Part shown: positions 25,676 through 32,000 of the stretch, in pieces
Layout of the letters: each line of letters opens with the position of its first letter
Numbering within the stretch: position 1 is the stretch's first letter
Assembly: GCF_016806735.1 (NCBI RefSeq)
Contig: NZ_CP060530.1
Coordinates: 420,001-452,000, forward strand
DNA from: Candidatus Micrarchaeum sp.
GTDB lineage: Archaea; Micrarchaeota; Micrarchaeia; Micrarchaeales; Micrarchaeaceae
Length of the DNA: 32,000 bases
Reading direction: 5' to 3'
Notes under the pieces: model-generated
Databases searched by the model: none
What the model saw: the letters and a program-made list of their open reading frames with translations, nothing else
What the model was told of the DNA's origin: nothing
Program-made: the position numbers and the translations under genes

Positions 25676-26488
25676 TCAGCTCTTTATGAAGTTGGCCGTA
25701 AGCACAGAATTCGAGCTTAGCGATATGGTGGTCTGTATGTCGTTTGCATTTGCTATGCTTGATGATGCAGAGCTGAATATCCAGTTGTTGAACTGGTATC
25801 CGTTAGGCGGCACTGCGTATATCGTATAATTCTGCTTCTCCAACGGGACTATTATTCCGCTGCTGTATCCGATGCCGTTTATGACGACCCTTCCGTTGTC
25901 AGGGCTTGTGTCCACAGACAGGTTAACCAGCTGCGCGGATCCAGGGGATATGGTTTGTATGGAGCTTCCGGTAGATGTATAGGGGCCAGAGCATGAGCTG
26001 CCCTTGCATACATAATAGCCTATGCTGAAAGCTGAGCTTACGCTGCTGTACATTGGGGGTTCGACGCTTCCGTAAACGTATGCCGTGCATATCACTTCGG
26101 TGCCCGCATGTGCAATCAATGGAAGGCACGACCCTGTGCTGTTCGTCTCCCCCTTTTGTCCCACGTTATCCATTGTCACGTTGAAATGCTGCCCGGTGAA
26201 ATTAAGCGTGACACCCATATTGTTGACGAATATAAGCGAAAATTTTATCGGCTCTCCGGAATTTATGTATGGGGCCAGGTACGAATGCAGGCAAAGCATG
26301 AGCGGCTGTATGTTGCAGCTTGAGCCAAGATATTGCGCCGGCGTGAAAGGCCCGCTGAGGGCAAAAACCATAGCGACGACCATAGCGATTAGTATAATTG
26401 CCCACGAATATACGCTCAACATCTCTACTGCGGATTGAAGCCTGAAGCTTCTTTTCTTGAGGCGAAGCGTATCCCTCTTGCCGCGCAT
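25676..26488 (-). CDS. Type IV pilin-like (class III signal peptide) protein with a C-terminal beta-rich repeat domain
   Basis: ORF track gives 25676..26512 (TTG). ATG at 26488 has an AAGGAG SD 9 nt upstream and a tataaataatt TATA (complement of 26513-26523). N-terminus MRGKRDTLRLKKRSFRLQSAVEMLSVYSWAIILIAMVVAMVFAL matches the archaeal pilin Q-S-A-x-E-x-L-x-x-Y-x-W-A-I pattern. The C-terminus (YTIYAVPPNGYQFNNW...VLTANF) resembles InlB-B-repeat-like domains. Confidence 0.7.
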   Translation of the reverse strand: MRGKRDTLRLKKRSFRLQSAVEMLSVYSWAIILIAMVVAMVFALSGPFTPAQYLGSSCNIQPLMLCLHSYLAPYINSGEPIKFSLIFVNNMGVTLNFTGQHFNVTMDNVGQKGETNSTGSCLPLIAHAGTEVICTAYVYGSVEPPMYSSVSSAFSIGYYVCKGSSCSGPYTSTGSSIQTISPGSAQLVNLSVDTSPDNGRVVINGIGYSSGIIVPLEKQNYTIYAVPPNGYQFNNWIFSSASSSIANANDIQTTISLSSNSVLTANFIKS

Positions 26489-26645
26489 ATGATATACTCC
26501 TTGCATCGTCAATTATTTATACCCTGCAGGTTTCGATTACAGCATCTGTTCCAATGCAGGCGCAACGCCAGTGCAATACACATGTCATCTGTTGCAGGGC
26601 GCAATACTTAAATATAAAGAGGCACACAATAATATTGGTGGTGCG

Positions 26646-26855
26646 ATGAAAGAGACTGAGCACAGCAAGAAAAGGAAGACAAAGGCCGAACTCAAAGCTA
26701 AAATAAAATCAAAATACAGGTCAAAAGATCCGCACAGCGAACTGTATTCAAAAGAGTATCATGAAGTGAAGTACTCCAAGGAGCATATATGCCCGATATG
26801 CGGCAGCAGGATAGACGAAAATGGCATGTGCGCTTGCGGTGCAGGAGACTCATAA
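26646..26855 (+). CDS. Small basic zinc-ribbon protein (69 aa)
   Basis: ORF track gives 26571..26855. ATG at 26646 has GGTGGTG directly upstream and TATA-like ttaaatataaag at 26608-26619. The N-terminus is Lys-rich, followed by CPICGSRIDENGMCACG (CxxC...CxC). Confidence 0.55.
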   Translation: MKETEHSKKRKTKAELKAKIKSKYRSKDPHSELYSKEYHEVKYSKEHICPICGSRIDENGMCACGAGDS

Positions 26856-26898
26856 CAAGTAATAATGGGTTTTTATTCTTATCTTCCCGTTAACTAGC

Positions 26899-27339
26899 AT
26901 GGCAAGTTCGGAATTCACCCGTTCCGGGGCTGTAAAATATATATTGGACAGCAATCTTAGCCTGAACCACAGGCTGTGGCTGCTTGCCAATTCCAAGCTT
27001 ACTAGAGAGGATCTTGTTGAAATTGCCATGCGCAACGAATTCCCATCCTTATCAATAAATGCTTTTTATCTGATGGGCGACGAAGTGCTGAAGGCCAACA
27101 CCCTGATAAGAATGTTTTCCAGCGGCAAGCAGGAGAACATGGATGCCATAACGCATGCTTCCATAAAAGGCATAGGATCCAAAAAGCTGCTCTGGGACCT
27201 GTACGTGCATCCATCAACACCCAAGTATGCCAAACAGTATATCGAGGATCTTATAAACGGTACGGGCACGAGTACTCCGCCGCATACGAGCCTGATAAGG
27301 CTAGAAAAGCCCAGGGACAGATTTTCGGAAGAGCAGTAG
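26899..27339 (+). CDS. Hypothetical protein (146 aa)
   Basis: ORF track. It is the only long ORF across this interval. No SD or TATA recognised, and no domain recognised. Confidence 0.45.
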   Translation: MASSEFTRSGAVKYILDSNLSLNHRLWLLANSKLTREDLVEIAMRNEFPSLSINAFYLMGDEVLKANTLIRMFSSGKQENMDAITHASIKGIGSKKLLWDLYVHPSTPKYAKQYIEDLINGTGTSTPPHTSLIRLEKPRDRFSEEQ

Positions 27340-27340
27340 C

Positions 27341-28101
27341 CTATTCAAGGTCTTTGGATTTTATGCTGTGTCCTAGAAGCTTTGCCTTGGCCTCAAGATG
27401 CCTTTTCATGGTATTGTTTTTAGGCTTTATGTGTATGCCGTAGGGCTGCACGTCTATGCCGTACTGTTTCAGCCCCTCAACCTTTTTTGGGTTGTTGGTC
27501 ATGAGCCTAACCTTCCGTATTCCAAACTCTTTAAGCATTGCAGCGGCAGCTGCGAAAGACCTGTTCTCCTGAGGGTAGCCCAGCTTCTTGTAAGCGTCGT
27601 ATACGCTTACATCGGAGCCATCCTTCTTTTTCCTTTCGACTATCTTCCCGTTTTTCCATTCGAAAGCATTCGAATAAGCCTTTGTCTTTGCGGTTATTCC
27701 GTTTCCAGCGCCTTCCTGGTTAAGGTATATTACTATGCCGGACTTGGCTTTTGAGATGCGCTTCAAGGCCTCTTCAAGCTCCTCCCTGCATTCGCAGTTG
27801 GTAGCGTGAAACAGCTCGCTTGTGCCGCACGCCGAATGCACCCTTAGCAGAAGCCTCTCTTTTTTCTTTATCCTGCTTGCATCCCCGTATATCATCATCG
27901 TGTGGAACTGGCCGTTGGTCAGATCACCGAAAACGACATACGTGAAACCACCGTATTCGGTAGGCAGCGGAGTGCTGCCCAATCTCTTTATTATCGGGAC
28001 ATGCTGCCTATCCGCAACTCTCAGGTTTCCGCTTTCCAGGCTTGCAGTATCGCTCCACATTCGCTCGAAAAGCTCCTTCTGCGCCCTGCCTGTCAATCCC
28101 A

Positions 28102-28102
<1 letters not shown>
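27341..28102 (-). CDS. ribA: GTP cyclohydrolase II (RibA)-like protein, divergent
   Basis: ORF track gives 27341..28105 (TTG). The ATG at 28102-28100 overlaps the OFOR-beta stop as TGATG. RibA motifs: LLRVHSACGTSELFHATNCEC (Zn Cys triad), YLNQEGAGNG, KAY, ENRSF, VRLMTNNPKKVEGLKQYGIDV. Confidence 0.8.
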
Positions 28103-30871
<2,769 letters not shown>

Positions 30872-30994
30872 TTATTCACCTGATTAGCAATAGATTTAAA
30901 GTATATTAAACATTTCGTGAAAAGGAGTGAACCTGGTGCGTCGCAAGCGACCGCTTCCACCAATGCGGAAATGATTGCGTGCAGCATTTGCTTC

Positions 30995-31603
30995 TTACAC
31001 TGTATTATTAATCGCGTAAAGCATCGTGCTTATGGTCGCGTTCGGGTTTATATATCTTCCAGGGGTCTGTGTAACTGTTGCCGTATATATGGAATAATTT
31101 TTCATGAAAATGATTCCATAAAGCTCAGAACTTCCGGATTTGAGTATCACGCCGATATAATCCTTTGGCATATCCTTTATGTAGGTAGCGCCGCTCCCGC
31201 TGAAATTGGATATATAATCGTAGGCAGCGTTTGCAGTCTTACTGTCCGAATACGTTAGGGTCCTTATGACAAGGCTGGAGTTCTGGGACGTATAAGTAAC
31301 AAGTCTTCCGCTTACAAAGCCGTTGGATACAGGTACCTGCTCACTGCCGCTGAACAGGCCCACTTCGCTATTGTAGCTGTAATTCGCAATGCTGAGCCTT
31401 TCCAAATTCGCTGTGGTAGTCGATGAAATCGTCGAAACTGTTGTGGCCCTATTAGATATCGATGTAGTGATACTGCCATTAGGCTTCGAAGGCAAAGTTA
31501 CGACCAAAACAAAAACCGCCAAAACTACCATTATAACCAAAATAGCAAGCACGGTAGTCCATTTATCCGCAAAATCACCAAAATGCCTTATTTCCTCATC
31601 CAC
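30995..31603 (-). CDS. N-terminally membrane-anchored extracytoplasmic protein, function unknown
   Basis: ORF track, 202 aa, GTG start. TM helix WTTVLAILVIMVVLAVFVLVVTL, followed by a Ser/Thr-rich linker (SITTSISNRATTVSTISSTTTAN) and a beta-rich domain with several N-x-S/T sequons. Confidence 0.55.
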   Translation of the reverse strand: MDEEIRHFGDFADKWTTVLAILVIMVVLAVFVLVVTLPSKPNGSITTSISNRATTVSTISSTTTANLERLSIANYSYNSEVGLFSGSEQVPVSNGFVSGRLVTYTSQNSSLVIRTLTYSDSKTANAAYDYISNFSGSGATYIKDMPKDYIGVILKSGSSELYGIIFMKNYSIYTATVTQTPGRYINPNATISTMLYAINNTV

Positions 31604-31643
31604 ATAAAAATTGCATGCAAACAGATTTAAAAGTATCCCAAGA

Positions 31644-32000
31644 TCAATAATTCGCCTTGTAACTGTACAACAATTTATCTATCAGATATTCTGACGAGGT
31701 CTCACAAAATGATTCGTTTCCACTGCTGCACATGAAAAGCCCATTTCTAAGATAAAATGCAACTCCATATTTTTTGTAATTTATGCCGTTTGGGAAACGC
31801 ATGTTCATGCTGAGTATCTTTAGCCTTATTCCCTTATAAGAAACGCTAGATATGTTGACGCTGTAATTCGCGACTTCATAACCATAGAAGCTGTTTATAT
31901 AAGAATCATTTTCGAATTCAGAAAATGCCAGCGAAGAATTTTTAAATACAAAAGCCGTTATGGACTTGCCAAGTGAAACATCGCCAAGTACGTCAATGCC
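31644..32000 (-). CDS. Hypothetical protein, 5' end outside the window
   Basis: Not in the ORF track. My minus-strand translation from 32000 is open for 118 codons (GIDVLGDVSLGKSITAFVFKNSSLAFSEFENDSYINSFYGYEVANYSVNISS...YSYKANY) and ends at TGA (31646-31644). Confidence 0.5.
   Translation of the reverse strand, partial: GIDVLGDVSLGKSITAFVFKNSSLAFSEFENDSYINSFYGYEVANYSVNISSVSYKGIRLKILSMNMRFPNGINYKKYGVAFYLRNGLFMCSSGNESFCETSSEYLIDKLLYSYKANY

Overview
This is a gene-dense chromosomal segment of about 29 CDS. I recognised no rRNA, tRNA, CRISPR array or IS/transposase. It looks archaeal: AT-rich TATA-like boxes sit about 27-45 nt upstream of first genes, GGTGA(T) Shine-Dalgarno motifs precede internal genes, and the gene content fits (isopentenyl phosphate kinase, two-subunit 2-oxoacid:ferredoxin oxidoreductase, non-phosphorylative Entner-Doudoroff enzymes, class III signal peptides). 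An acidophilic Thermoplasmata-like or DPANN/Micrarchaeota-like source is my guess only. All assignments come from motif recognition by eye; no database search was possible.

Contents, left to right:
- 1-5640 (-): tightly coupled operon of four type IV pilin-like (class III signal) proteins, two of them giant multi-LamG fusions.
- 5692-6270 (-): polytopic membrane protein.
- 6345-11063: hsp20, divergent from a wHTH regulator-grpE-dnaK-dnaJ heat-shock locus.
- 11193-11879 (+): Lys-rich coiled-coil protein.
- 11897-17276: sugar-acid cluster of aldehyde dehydrogenase, KDG-aldolase-like DapA-family enzyme, enolase-superfamily gluconate dehydratase and IlvD-family dehydratase.
- 17336-19810: heavily N-glycosylatable surface protein, HTH+CBS regulator, isopentenyl phosphate kinase.
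- 19936-23057: three orphan alpha-helical proteins.
- 23342-26488: UPF0173 MBL-fold hydrolase, then a HerA/FtsK-type ATPase with a C-terminal wHTH lying just downstream of a second pilin-like protein.
- 26646-27339: small zinc-ribbon protein and a 146-aa orphan.
- 27341-30871 (-): OFOR alpha/beta, translationally coupled to a divergent GTP cyclohydrolase II-like gene.
- 30995-32000 (-): two membrane-anchored or secreted orphans.

The best candidates for something undescribed are the pilin-LamG operon and the pilin-like + HerA-wHTH pair. Both are hypotheses, not demonstrated systems.
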